64,000 bases of DNA, from positions 88,536,001 through 88,600,000 of the forward strand of contig OZ024740.1 of the NCBI GenBank assembly GCA_964016885.1. Direction: 5' to 3'. Position numbers and translations under genes: made by a program. Under the pieces are notes generated by a model. It ran no database searches. It was not told where the DNA came from and was given only the letters and a program-made list of their open reading frames with translations. Source of the DNA: Eledone cirrhosa (lineage: Eukaryota). Of the stretch, positions 37,501 through 51,700 are shown piece by piece (position 1 is the first letter of the stretch; each line of letters begins with the position of its first letter).

Positions 37501-38332
37501 TATGAATAAAGTGGTCCTTCATCAGTGATCTTCCAACTATCATCGGTATTTCTTCGCTTTAAAGACCATATCCCTCCGGTTGGTGCGAGCAACGGCTAAA
37601 GAAAGTCGTTGGGACATGTAAATAAAGGGAACAGCGAGAGTGTAAACAAACAAAGATGGTGAAGCAACGAAAATTGAGGAAGAACGAGTCAAGTCCCAAA
37701 TTTCCAGAGAGGGTAAAGATACAGAGAAAGAGGAAGCAGTAAGAACGTTCTTACTGCTTCCTCTTTCTCTGTATCTTTACCCTCTCTAACAGTCACTCTC
37801 TCTGTTAGCCTCTTCCTCACCCTTCACTCACTCACTCTCTGTTACTACCTCTCCTCCTTCACCTTCTTCCCGTTTGACCTGTGCGTAATTCTTTTCTTTC
37901 GCACGCTTGGCCAGGCCGGTCGGCATTTTTTCTCTCGTCTACGATTTCACAGAACTTATGTTTACCGAAATCACGGACTAGACCCCTTCTTCCTCCCGTT
38001 AGACCTGTGCGAAATTCCTTCCTTGCTCACATTTCAACCAGGTTTGATGGTCTTTATTCTCTCTCGTTCACGATTTCACCGAACTTATATTCATGGAAAT
38101 TTGGGACTTGACTCGTTCTTCTTCACTTTTCGTTGCTTCACCATCTTTGTTTGTTTACACTCTCGCTGTTCCCTTTATTTACATGTCCCAACGACTTTCT
38201 TTAGCCGTTGCTCGCACCAACCGGAGGTATATGGTCTTTAAAGCGAAGAAATACCGATGATAGTTGGAAGATCACTGATGAAGGACCACTTTATTCATAT
38301 GTAACTCATTTGCAACTCCGCAGCACGTTTAT

Positions 38333-38337
<5 letters not shown>
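37501..38337. mobile_element. Fold-back element family P6: outer arms 37501-37706 / 38094-38299, loopless 80-bp palindrome 37707-37786, right tail
   Basis: Direct reverse-complement comparison; (TA)n on both sides. Confidence 0.85.
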
Positions 38338-38382
<45 letters not shown>

Positions 38383-38595
38383 CGTTTCTGAATTTGTTTA
38401 GCAAGATTCTTTATCTGAAATCGTGTGTTGAAACCGATATTGTTATACTTTGGGAGGGTCATGTTGCCAATAAGAAACACACGCACCAGTTGCTTTCACT
38501 TCAATTTAATTTAATATATATTTATAAATTTACAAATTTATAAATTTCTGGTTGGTTGGTTGGTTCCACAACCAGATAGTTGTTTATATATATAT

Positions 38596-38640
38596 AGTCA
38601 TAGTTCTTTCGTCACACACTCTGTGACCTCTTCAGTGACT
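38596..38640 (-). ncRNA. Minimal type I hammerhead motif (P1-B left arm)
   Basis: Mirror image of 38751-38795. Confidence 0.65.
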
Positions 38641-38750
38641 GGGGATTTCTTTCTTCGTTTCTGTGCCTTTCCTTTCTTCTATCCTACGCCATTTTCAAAT
38701 GGCGTAGGATAGAAGAAAGGAAAGGCACAGAAACGAAGAAAGAAATCCCC

Positions 38751-38795
38751 AGTCACTGAAGAGGTCACAGAGTGTGTGACGAAAGAACTATGACT
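38751..38795 (+). ncRNA. Minimal type I hammerhead motif (P1-B right arm)
   Basis: AGTCA CTGAAGA G GTCACA gagtg TGTGAC GAAA G aa C TA TGACT. Confidence 0.65.
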
Positions 38796-38946
38796 ATATA
38801 TATATAAACAACTATCTGGTTGTGGAACCAACCAACCAACCAGAAATTTATAAATTTGTAAATTTATAAATATATATTAAATTAAATTGAAGTGAAAGCA
38901 ACTGGTGCGTGTGTTTCTTATTGGCAACATGACCCTCCCAAAGTAT

Positions 38947-39188
<242 letters not shown>

Positions 39189-39369
39189 TAAACGGAAAAG
39201 AAAATGCTGACAAATTGTTCACAGTGATAATATACAGTATATATATATATACTGTATATACACATATATATTCAGCTCTATTCTTGATCTCGTTTTCAAG
39301 GTTGCTATTCTTTCTGATTAACTTACCGTGTCGACATTTGTACTACTACTAGCATGTTTTCATTATCAC

Positions 39370-39560
39370 GGTGGATTGGCAGTATCGCTAGAGGGTCGGA
39401 CGCCATCTTTGACGCAAAGAGTTACGTCCTTTTTCAGTCTGAGTTCAAATCTCGCCGATGTTACCTTTGCCTTTCATCCTTATGGAGTCGATAAATTAAA
39501 GTAGCAGTAATGCACTGGGTAATTGCTGGCCTTGTGCCAAAAGTATAAACTATTATCATT
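39370..39560 (+). mobile_element. tRNA-derived SINE-like repeat
   Basis: Same family as 18177-18355. Confidence 0.75.
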
Positions 39561-40091
39561 AGACCTTTCTCCCTTTCCTACTGCTTCCTTATTCTTAGGT
39601 TTGAATTTTTATCACTTAATATCGGTACAAACAAATTTAGCAATACAACCAAAACTTTATCCTTGCTCCGACTCAATGCATCCTGCTCAAACCATTTGAT
39701 ATCTTTTCCTCAAGGTAAAATAAATTATTCGACTTTGTGAATGATTTGTTAAAACATATATTACAATTCGTTCTATAAGTTTCTATTGAATTGATTATAG
39801 AATACACTTTCAATCAACCTACTTCTCATCCACAGAAACTACACCACGACTATATTTGAACACTCTTTCATCAGGTATCCCATCGTTTTCAAGCATACAT
39901 TCGACATAAATATTATCATCGCCATCATTGCTATCATCGTCACTGTCATCATCATCGTCATTTACTTCTACAAGATTTCCAGAGACATGCAGAGTTTTTA
40001 GTGTATATATCAATTATACACATGTGGGTGTTACTATGAATGCATATTTATATGGTCCTGTGTATGTGCAGATGTATGTGTGAATGTGTAT

Positions 40092-40123
<32 letters not shown>

Positions 40124-40468
40124 TTGTGCACCCTTGTGATTATGTTTTGTGATTAGATTAATAATCTGTTATGTTTAACACTTCATATGTTTGTATGTGT
40201 GTACATACTTACAATTGTAGAGGATGCGTATGTTGTGCTTGAATGCACATGTGAGAGTTTATGTGTGTATATGCGTGCGTCCTGTAAATGTGCTTCAATG
40301 TGGGAATATATTTGATTGCATTGGATTATGTATGTTATGATACTTGAATATGTGTATTATTGTGTATGTCTGTATGAGTATCTGTGTGTATATATGTATG
40401 TATGTGTTTGCATGAAATGTTGTATTATATTTGAATGTGTTTTATTAGTCTATGCATATATGCGTATA

Positions 40469-40573
<105 letters not shown>

Positions 40574-42339
40574 GTGTGTGTGTGAGTCTGTGTGCGCACG
40601 TACACATGTGTCTGTGTATTTGCTCGTGTGTGTATGGGTGATGTGTATGCATGTGTTTGTTCGATTGCTTGAACAAAAGTAAATATAAAAATCATACGCT
40701 ACCCCATTAACAGAATATTCATTGCTAGGATTTTATCTTCCGGATTTATTATATATTTGTCAGCAATTCTGTTTGCTTGCGTAAATTTTACTGTTTCTTC
40801 TCACTTGAAATTTCATGTTTCCATTGGCAAAAATAAAATTATAGTCTACTATAACGAAGTCATAAGTTTGTGAACGAAGCAATCAAAGAAAGCTTAACAT
40901 TTATTGATTTTTCGAGTCAAACATTAATTAAGAATTTAGATTACATAATGCAGGATACGTTTGTCAATGCAATAGCATAATAATAATGCGGTGATTCCTA
41001 CAATCTTTGTTCGGGTTAAGATAGCAAGTTGAGCTATAGGATGATATGAAATAATGATAATGCAACACTATCAATTTAAGAGAAGATGGTCAGTTATTTA
41101 ATCACTGCGATGCTGCCTGAATTCACTCAAGCTATCCCAAAGCGTGCAGTAAGATTGTGTTATTTTAAATTAAATAATGATTTCTCATTTTCCTTTCACA
41201 TTTACTTCGAACTCTGCTTGTCTCCAAGGTTAGGATTTAACAACACAGTTTCTTCACTTTCGTTTGATAAAGTAACATTTTAGCAGCAAGAAAATTGCCT
41301 ACCTCTGCAGGAACCATAATTTTCCATCTCGTCTCACACTACCTTCCTAAAATGATTATCGCGTTGAACTGTACCAAGTTCTTGTTAATTCTCATTATAA
41401 ACCAGAATGAAATAAAAAATAAAATCTGACAAAAATGTCCTTCTATTTTTTATTAAATTTCCATGAGTGAAAGTAGCAACGTTTGTCTGTAGTTAATGTA
41501 ATAACATTAAAATTTAACTTACTAGACATTACTAATAGTAGACAGATATAGAGAGGATAATATCTAGTGATGGTGACAGTTTTTTTTAATGTAGATCTGT
41601 AGCTGTTCTTTAATGTTGCTATTAGTTAAGAACGATGAATAAAAATAGTTAAATGTAGCTAAGTTGAACTAGTATAACGTTATGCAGATAAGTAACTTGA
41701 AGCTAAAGATTCAAATCGTTAGAACTATTGTTAGAGGTGTTGAGCACCGAGTCAACCTTGATTAAGGTGACCTATGATTATGAATATTCTGTGTGTGGCA
41801 ATTCCATATATATAGAACGAAATTGTCAAATGTGTGCTTCCTCCTTTTTTATTGTTTTACCCAAAGAGAGAAGGGCCGTCCACGTGATGTTTTAGTCGGG
41901 TGGGAAGAAAAGAGGAAGATTATCTTTGAACTTGATATCTGATACGAATGCTTGTATCATAGTGGACTCCGCTAGCCTTCAGAGAGGTGGACGTTTTGTT
42001 TACTATTTCTAGCAGGTCGAGCAACCAAGCAGTGACGCCCCTGTTGGCTTTTAGGGTTTTACCTGCGTATTGATCCTGTTTATTGTAGGGAGTAGAAGTG
42101 TGATCTTGGCTTATTTATATGTTTAGCGATTACATTTATTACGCCGTTGGCTCTTGACATGCACACATCAATGTTAAGGTTGATTTCTATACAGAATAGA
42201 ATGTTTGGTCTATGGAATTCCCTCTAGGTACATAGCTTCCTGGAGAAAGTTGCCTGCATTCTAATAGTAAACTATATATCTCAGCCCCTGAATAAAGACA
42301 TATAAACTTAATGATTTGTACGAATTGTAAAACAATAAA

Positions 42340-42530
42340 TAATTGTTTCTTCTTTTGACACAATGCCAGTAATTATGGAGTGCATTACTGGTATTTATTT
42401 TATCGACCCCGTAAGGATGAAAGGCAAAGTTAACCTTGGCAGGATTTGAACTCATAATGGCAAGGGCCGTAAATCTATGCGTCAAATCTATGCGTCAAAT
42501 CATGGCGTTCGATACTACCAATTCACCGCC
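42340..42530 (-). mobile_element. tRNA-derived SINE-like repeat
   Basis: Reverse complement of the same family. Confidence 0.72.
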
Positions 42531-42569
42531 CTAAAACAATAAATAATGTTGATTCGCTACTCTAAATTA

Positions 42570-42915
42570 ACTGGAGCTTAGAACGGCACGAAGAACTATG
42601 GACTGATGCGCGTTTGAAATCTCTAAAATGGAGGAAAAAATCAATCTATTCAATGAATAAGAGAGAAAACAAACCTACATCATAAAAAAATAGTTAGCAG
42701 AAAAAATAGATGAGAAATGGAAAAATGACTACAATTGTACAATGTCATGTACAGAAGGGAAACGCCAATGGACAGATTTATGCAGTCGAAGAACACAGAG
42801 GAAAAGACGGAGAGAAGGCATCGATACATTTATTAGTGCTACTTGGATGAGAGTATCAAAGGATAGGCACAATTGATACTAGCCCTCAAACTGCAGAAGT
42901 TATATAATGGCTAAG
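42570..42915 (+). mobile_element. Degenerate RTE-like LINE 3' end
   Basis: Remnants of the KW..GHV.R....WT...R....RW.....TWMRVSKDR C-terminal pattern. Confidence 0.4.
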
Positions 42916-44134
42916 AAGAATGATGAATTTGATGTGATTGCTTTTTAAAATAATTGCAAATTATGAACAATAATGTTTGAGTATAGCTAAGTGATAGGCA
43001 TGATGTATATTGGTTGTATGAATACAAATTTCTCTTGAAATATTTCACAACAATTTAGCAGGTAAACGATGTTTCAGTAATATCTTAATATTTGTAATTG
43101 TAATACTTATTCTTTGTTCAGATAATTATCTGTCATAGTAACATCATATAGAATTGTCCTCTTCACAAGTTAGCGTTACATAACAATACAAGGTAACATA
43201 TGGTTCGACAACATACTTATGAGCAGAAACATGAATTTCCAACAACCAACCACAGTGATTTATAAGGTGACCAGAGGTGACAATATATGTCATTAGCATT
43301 CATCTAAATATTTACATATCGAGAGTCGGTGCAGCTCCGGTGAATTGGAGCAATGTTTACCATATTTTGTTTCCTTTTATATATGGTTTCCAGACCCGAT
43401 GCAATGTTATAACATTTATCGTTCAGATGTTGGGAGAGTGTTTGTAGATAATAAACAAAAGTTTATAGCAAAAGCATGGTAGTGAAGATTTATCAATAAA
43501 TAAAGTGCCGGGCAGTCTCGTAAGAAGTTACTCTGAATTATGATCACATAATAAACGGATATTTCGACACATGTCTGTGGTGTACGTATATTATCAAGTA
43601 CCCGTTGATTACATGCAAGGTGAGAAGGGTGCATCATGTTAAACAGTTCAGAGAAGCATCAGCTTAGCGAAACCCGCCTAACACAAAAATATATTCATAC
43701 TTTATTTTCTATTCCCAATGGAATATTATTATTTCATAGGTATCAGAAAGATAAAATGGAGGAAATTATAAATAAAGCATAAAAAAAGAGTAGGATGCAA
43801 AAAAGATCCAGCATAGTTATGGATATGGTCAGAGAATATAAAGAGTATATGCGTACTTACACACACACACACTTAAAAGAATATATGTAATATATATACA
43901 TTGTTATTAGTGATGGATTCACTCTGGAATGAGCGTTAAAACACCATAGTAAAGTAGATTAATAATTCTTCAAAACCAGAAGATTGGTGAAGAAACATTC
44001 CTAGTAGATATACACAAAAATCAAGTTTGATTAAATAATACGCACATATACAGACATATACACACACACATATATATGTGCGTGTGTGTGTGTGTGTGTG
44101 TGTATGTGTGTTGTTCCAATGCAATTATCCATAA

Positions 44135-44335
44135 TAATGGTTTCTGAGTTTGGCACAAGGCCAGCAATTTTAGGAGAGGGAAAGTCTATTAAATCGATCC
44201 CTGTGCGTTAATTTATTTTATCGAACCCGTAACGCTGAAAGGTAAAGCTAACATTAGTGGGATTAGAGGATAAAGGGCTGTAACTCTATGCCACAACGAA
44301 TGTTGTCCGTCGCTTTACCAATACTGCCAATCGAA
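44135..44335 (-). mobile_element. tRNA-derived SINE-like repeat (diverged)
   Basis: ttggcacaaggccagcaatt...ttatcgaacccgtaacgctgaaaggtaaag. Confidence 0.6.
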
Positions 44336-44797
44336 ATTGTCCATAATAATAATCAGTCTCTATGAATAATAGTTGAGGAAATCGGGTACAGTACTCCTGA
44401 TGACGGAAAATGTGGACAGAGATGCCTACTGGGAATCAAACCTCATATATCTCTCCGATACCGGGCGATTAAGTTAAGTACTAAGTTAATAAGTAGCTGG
44501 CTATTGATTCCATCTTTGTATTAAATTTTAAGTCTAGTAGGTGTAAAGGAGTAAGTTATAATCAGGACAAATACTTTGCCAGAATGATTGTAACAAAGTG
44601 TGCTTTGAGCAAATCACCAAGGAGGTTATGTGAAACTGGGAGATCAATTAAGTGTATTACCCACGAACATGAAATCTGTAGAGTCCTTCTGCTAAAAAAT
44701 TCCCCAAACCATTTGATAGGCCTGAGACTAAAGTAGAAAACACTTACCCATGTACCCACCAAAATAGTTCAAACCGTATCATTATTTTGGATTAACA

Positions 44798-44975
44798 GTA
44801 TCGGTAGAGCGTCAGACAACCATGTTTTTCAGCATAGAGTTATGACCCTTAACGTTCCGAGTTCAAATCCCGCCGATGTTTGCTTTGCATTTCATCCTTA
44901 CGGGGTCGATAAAGTAAAGCACCATCAATGCACTGGGGTAATTGCAGGCTTTGTATCTCAAGTAGAAACAATTAT
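44798..44975 (+). mobile_element. tRNA-derived SINE-like repeat
   Basis: gagttcaaatcccgccga..tttcatccttacggggtcgataaa. Confidence 0.75.
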
Positions 44976-44995
44976 TTAAGTATATTATAAAATCC

Positions 44996-45059
<64 letters not shown>

Positions 45060-45060
45060 A

Positions 45061-48000
45061 TGGCTGATAGATATCGACTAGACTTCCCAAGTGTACCACT
45101 GTGAACGTGGAACAAACGCACTGGGTCTTCTAGATCGTATTTAGATCGATTTTTAATTAGACAGAATGATAAGGAAACATTAAAATATCCACAAATGCAC
45201 ATGGTTGCCTATTCAGACCACAAATTAGTCACCTGCGTAATCAACCTTGATAGAGCACATAGACAGAGACCCGAATACTGTAAGCTAAACATGTCGCTTC
45301 CGGCGCGTAAGGTCTACATTAAATTAGCACGGATTAGCACATTAGTTAAGTGCACAGGTGGTGGAGCTCTCTCAAGAGAGCAATTAGAATAGAATCGATA
45401 GCATTTAGCAAGTAAGTAGCTTTAGAAAAAAGACAAAACCGAAAAAGAACTGGTAGCTAAAGTAGAAGTGGCACTTAGAAATGGCAGTACAGCTGACGTG
45501 CTAGCGGCGAGAACGCCACTAGACTAGTTCTTCAACGTGAAACACGAAGGTTGTATTGTCAGAAGTAGAACACGTGTTCTAAGAAATGAGGGAGCCAGAG
45601 CTGTTAGCTGGGCCTGAGTGGCAGAGGAGAAAGGTGGCAACAAATCCGCAATTCGGTCTTTGCAAGACAAAGATAGACGCATTCTATTTGAATCCAAGCA
45701 GATGTGCATGGCCTTCCAGCAGCATTTTGCACAACTGTTCGGGCAAAGCTGTACGCCAAGGGAGGTGATGGACGTCAGATCCTACCTCGAAGGCGTACCA
45801 CGACTCTCGAGCACGGATGCAGAGAGTTGCGAAAGGCCGATCACAGCTGGCGAAATAGAAGATGCCCTAGGCCGCTGAGGGAAATGCAAATCACCCGGTT
45901 TAGATTGTCTACCCTATGTTTTACATATGCATGCCAGACTTGTTCTCTGGCGTCCTCGAAGCGGTCTACTGCAACTGGCAGCAGAATGGGAGGATTCCCA
46001 GTTCTGTAGGCAGAGGCGTTGTAACGCTGATCAGGAACGATAAGAACAAGGGGGATGAGATAAGCAATTTCAGGCCCATAACTCTGCTCAACACAGAGTT
46101 AAAGATTTTGGCCAAGGTGTTAGCAGCGAGGCTGGCGCTTGTCGTCGAGAACCTGGTAGGGGGTGCGCAACCGTGTGCAATCCAAACCAGGTCCATACAC
46201 ACAACCTCCACCTCATGCGATACATCATAGAGCGGGTAGGGTGTAAACCTGGCTTCGGTGGGGCTCTGATCAATTTAGTTCAGTCTAAGGCATTTGATAG
46301 GGTCGACCATCAATACTTGGAAACGGTTCTCAAAGCGGCCGGCTTCGGTCCCCTCTTCAGAGGCTGGATCACTGCTATGTACACCAGCACCTGCTCGGCA
46401 GTCAATGTGAATGGCTACCTATCAGAGCCATTCCAAATCATGCGTTCCATCCGTCAGGGATGCCCTCTCTCCTCTATTTTGTATGTACTGACTCTCGAGC
46501 CATTACTGCGGAAGTTGGAGCTGTTGCAGGGCATCCCGATCGAACCAGGACTGCGGAAAGCAGTGTCGACCTATGCCGACGACATAACCGTAATGGTGTC
46601 GAAAACCTCGGATATCGGGGTAATCGGCAACCTATTACAGGAATATGAAACGTTGACAGGAGCAACACTAAACCCAAACAAGTCTGTCGGTTTGCAACTC
46701 GGCAGATGGAGAGGCAAACCCATGCCTTCCGACAGTGTCGTTCGACGCTGGACGGAAGGACCGGTGAAATTGCTCGGGGTCTGGTTTGGTCCAGACCTCC
46801 AAGTAGATAAGAACTGGTAGGAGGTCACGGCGAAGGTGTTTACACTCACCCAGAAGTGGGCTGAGTGCAAACTCTCCTTCAAAGGTCGAGCGGAGGTGGC
46901 GAACACTTACATAGCGTCCGTCATCTACTACCGCTTGACAGTCGTGCCTTGTCCCCGCGAATACCTCACCAAAATGGAACGCCTAATCATCAAGTTCCTC
47001 TGGAAGAAACAGGCTCAAATGGTGAGGAGATCCTTCTGCTGTCAACACCCTTCTAATGGAGGGATGGGCATGCCGTGGCTGATGATGCGCAAACACGCGC
47101 TGAGGCTACGCCATCTCCAGGTATTCCTGACCGTTGAAGCGGTGTGGCTGTCGTTTGTGAGACAAGCTCTTCCACAACTCATCTCACTAACAGAGCTGCA
47201 GTCCTGGGTCAAGCGAAGACCGAAAATGAGTGCCTCCAGGCGCTCACAGCCCTCTACCAAGCGGAAATAGCAATCATCGGAGACTCCACTTCGACATTCT
47301 ATAGGGGATTAGTGGAGGATAAGTGCGACGACGTTCTCGGGGAAACTCTAGGCATCGAGAAGGACGAACTGACCAGTCTGTTCGGGAGGACTTTCCGTCC
47401 AGGGCCTATAGATAACTACCAGAGGTCTCTGGCCTGGCAGTGCCACCGAGGAACTCTACCAGTTCGAGACAAAATCTACAGGCATGGACGCCCTGGCATA
47501 GATCCTGCCAAAAGGACCTGTTCAAGATGCGAGCAGGACATCGAAACCGTTCTACACCCAATTGTTCAGTGTCCAGGGGTGACCGACTTGTGGAATTATG
47601 TCGAACGGCTACTGACACGTGTGGGACGCATCAAGTTGTCAGCTTAGTCCATCGTGAGGATCACCCCGCCGCCTTCATTTAAGAACGAAGGAGAGGCGGT
47701 TTTCCTCTGTCTGGTGGCTATGGCGAAAGAGGTAATATGATGGACGAGGTTAAAAGGACTGAGGGCAACACCTTTCTCTCCGGACAACAACTTATCCCCT
47801 TCTTTAAGTACCACTTCAGAAGGAATGTGAGAGTGGAGAGAGAGGTGCTACACCCCAGTAGATTCGCTGAAAGGTGGCTGAATGTGGCGAAAATGGCCCG
47901 AGTGAATGGGCCTTCTCTGTATATAAACCTGTAAATTGAGGATGATAAACAGAGGGAAGACAGGAACACCTACAAAACGTGTTCCTGGTGTTGAGGGTTG

Positions 48001-48170
48001 TTCTATCCACGGGGTGTAAAACAACCCTGCAGTAACGTTCCCATCTATTGGGGATTTCAATTGTTATTTTATTATTATTTATTAATGTTAAAGTTATTTT
48101 TATGTAAAACCCCCGCCGTCACGTCTTGTAATGTCCCATTTTTGTACGCCCCTGTGGCAAATAAAGAAAG
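45061..48170 (+). mobile_element. Tx1-clade LINE copy, 5'-truncated in the endonuclease domain, disrupted; (TATC)n on both sides
   Basis: ORF pieces 45195-47934 match ORF2 (YADD in 46173-46820). (TATC)n at 44996-45058; AATAAA at 48160-48165 followed by degenerate TATC. Confidence 0.92.
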
Positions 48171-48701
48171 ATATCTATTTATCTATCCATATATCTATTA
48201 ATCTTACTATCCATCTATTTATCTATTTATTCATCAATCTAGACGTATAGATAAATAGATCCTGCGTGATTTCAATCACAAAAGTTCCACTCACCTGTTA
48301 TTTGGTCAACCCAGGATTGGGGAAGAAAACACTTGCCAAAAGGTGTCACGCAATGCAATCCATCACAGATGTAGGTGATGGTGAAGCAAACTTGTTAACT
48401 GCAGAGACGTGCGTGCTAAAAATGAGTAAAATCCCCTAATTTTCTAAGCTCGACTTTCCATGATATATAATAATATATTGTGTTGTAGATACCATAGCAC
48501 AGACAGGTCATTATTTTTATAACTCCACAGTATTAGTTTTAGAGAAAATGCAATACGATTAATAACACGGCCTAGCGAATCCTATAAAACAGGTGTATCA
48601 TCCCGATCAAACAGCATCGTTCCATTATTTAATTGACGACCAAACGGAGAGTAAAATAAAAGTAAAGTGAAAACCACAAACACTCACAAGCATATATAAT
48701 A

Positions 48702-48793
<92 letters not shown>

Positions 48794-48798
<5 letters not shown>

Positions 48799-51700
48799 GG
48801 GTATGACATTAAACTACATCCAGTGGCTGGCTCCAGTTCGGGAGTTCAGGAGATGTGGGGAATGTGGAGTTACCCCTTAGTTGTCATGACTCCCAGGTCT
48901 GCCCTGGCCCGGGGTGGTAGTACCTGTTAGGGCTCCATTTATGGGTTAAATAACTACCTTATTCGAGTGGCGCCGGTAAGGTATTGTCAGCCATTGAAAA
49001 GAAATATGGAGAGTCGATCTAACATCACTAGGGATAGAGGCCCTAATTACACTGTCAAGGAGCAGCCTGGTCGTTATGACTCTGCTGGCTTAGAGCCACA
49101 GAGAGGGCCAGTGGATGATGGATCAGCTGTCTCTGAGACAAATATAAAGTATGCAGTTTTGTCCTGCAGAAGAGCCATCAAAATGGGCACTTTGAATGTG
49201 AGGACTATTCGGACGCTGGAGAAGAGAGAGGAGTTGGGACATCTGTTCGAGGAGAGTGGTATACAGATACTTGCGATCCAAGAACACAGGATTCTACACG
49301 ATTAGCCCGTGAGGAGTGTGATGATCGGGAGGAAGAGCCAGCTCATCACTACATCGGCAGTGAAGAACACAACAAATGCTGCAGTAGGAGGAGTGGGTTT
49401 TGTGTTCAGTGCAAAAACCAATCTGTTGGTGAGGGAAATAATGCCTATCTCCCCGCGAGTGTTGAGGGTGACCTTCAATGGAAACCCAAGACTGACAGTC
49501 ATCTCAGCCTATAGTCCAACCGAGGGGAACAGTGATGTGAATGCGGAAGAGTTCCATGAGGAGGTGTGTAGAGATGTCAACACCACTCAGGCACACAATA
49601 TCCTGCTTGTTTTGGGGGACTTCAATGCACATCTGAGTAAGGAGGGCAGTGAAGATCCTTGCTGGTACTTCCATAACAACACCAACCGAAATGGAAGACT
49701 ACTGAGAGACACCCTGCTGGAGGCGAACTTGATGGCGACCAACCTAAGGTTTAGGAAGAATCTGGGGAAGATGTGAACCTACATCTCAGATATGCACCTG
49801 TCCAAGTCCCAGATTGATTTCATTCTGGTGAGGAAAAAGTGGCGGAATAGTGTTCTGAACACGGAACCATACAGCTATTTCAGTACACTGGGTAGTGACC
49901 ACCGGCTTGATATGAGTGAGGTCCGCGTGAGCTTAAGAAAGAGCAAGGCTCAGCCCCGGAGAACAATCTATGACTGGGGAGCTTTCAAGGAAGATGATAA
50001 GCTACAGGAGAGGTTCACAGTGGAAGTGAGAAACAGGTTTAGTGCTCTGTGTGGAGAGTTAGAGGAGAGAGAGATTGGATGTACTGAGGAGACTGTGACG
50101 AGGAGGTACGGGCACTTCACCAATGCAGTGGCGGAAGCAAGTGAAACCCTGGTGCCGAGGAAAAAGAACAAAGGGAAGCACGTCAGCTCTGCAAACCCAA
50201 AAGTGTGTGCAGCCAGAGAACACCTGAAAGCTGCCAGGGACCAATTCTATGCTGATCCTACGGAGGAGAGGATGGAGACTGTGGAGGTGATGAGGGAAGA
50301 GCTCTGTACCGCTTACACTGAGATCAGAGAGGAGGCACTGATAGAGAAGATCAGAAGTGTGGAGAGAGCGGTTGACAGATCTGGATGTAAGGAGAGCTGG
50401 ATGATCATCAACGAGATCACAGGGAGGAAGAGAAGGTGTTCGAGTCAGATCCAGGGAACGGGGCCCGAGGATAGGAAGAGGAAATGGCTAGACCATTTTA
50501 GGACCCTACTAGGAGAGCCACCTCCCACAGCCCAGAGCACTGGGGAGATCAGGCGGCTGTTTGAGGAACTGGATGTTGAGACAGAGCCCTTCACCAGAGA
50601 GGAGCTTCAGAGAGCCAAGAAGAAGATCAAGGAGGGCAAGGCTCATGGAGAAGATGGAGTGGCATCAGAGGTGATGAAGAGGTGTGATTTTGATGATATC
50701 ATCCTGGGGTTCTGTAATGGGGCACTGGAGAAAGGAGTTGCCCCAAATCAGTGGAGGATCAGTAACATCGTCCCAGTGCCAAAGAAGGGAGATCTCTCTA
50801 ACACCAACAACTACCGGGGGTTCTCACTGACGTCACTTGTGGCAAAGACCCTCAACAGGATGATTCTTAACAGGATCCAGCCTGAGATGGAGAATAAGCT
50901 CAGGGACAACCAGAACGGCTTCAGAGTGGGTAGATCAACCACCAGTCACATCCTGATGCTGAGGAGGATATTAGAGGGAGCTAGAGCAAAGTGCCTTCCT
51001 GCGGTAATGGTTTTCATTGACTTTAGGAAGGCCTTTGATTCTGTGGACCGTTACTGCCTGATGAAGATCTTACAGGCTTATGGAATCACCAAGAAGATAG
51101 TGGACCTGATATCACTGCTCTACACCAACACCAAAGCCCAAGTCATTACACCTGATGGGATGACAGAGTGCTTTGAGATACTGGCTGGAGTGCTCCAGGG
51201 AGATACATTGGCTGCCTACCTTTTTATCATCGTAGTGGACTATTGTATGCGCCTTGCACTGGAGAAACACCAGGACTCTGGCTTTACTGTAGCACCGGCT
51301 CAGAGCAGGAGAGTTAGGGCGAAAAAGGTAACGGATGCTGAGTTTACCGACGACATAGATTTGGTGACAAATACAGTGAAGGAGGCAGAGGATTTGATGC
51401 GGGAGGTTGAGACTGTGTCGATGAGTGTGGGGCTGAGAATGAATGAGACTAAAACAAAATATCTGGTGGAGAATGTTGAGAAGCCAGAGGGGATCACTAA
51501 TGTAGGCGGGAAGCCGCTGGAATTGGTTGAGGACTTCCTGTATTTGGGAGCAAAGATTGGGAATACGGAGGATGATGTGGTTGAGAGGAAGAGCAAGGCC
51601 TGGGCGGCGTGCCACAGCTTGAGATCGGTGTGGAAGTCGGACCTTCGTAGAGACCTGAAAATCCGCCTCTTCATTGCTGTAGTGGAGTATGTGCTGCTGT

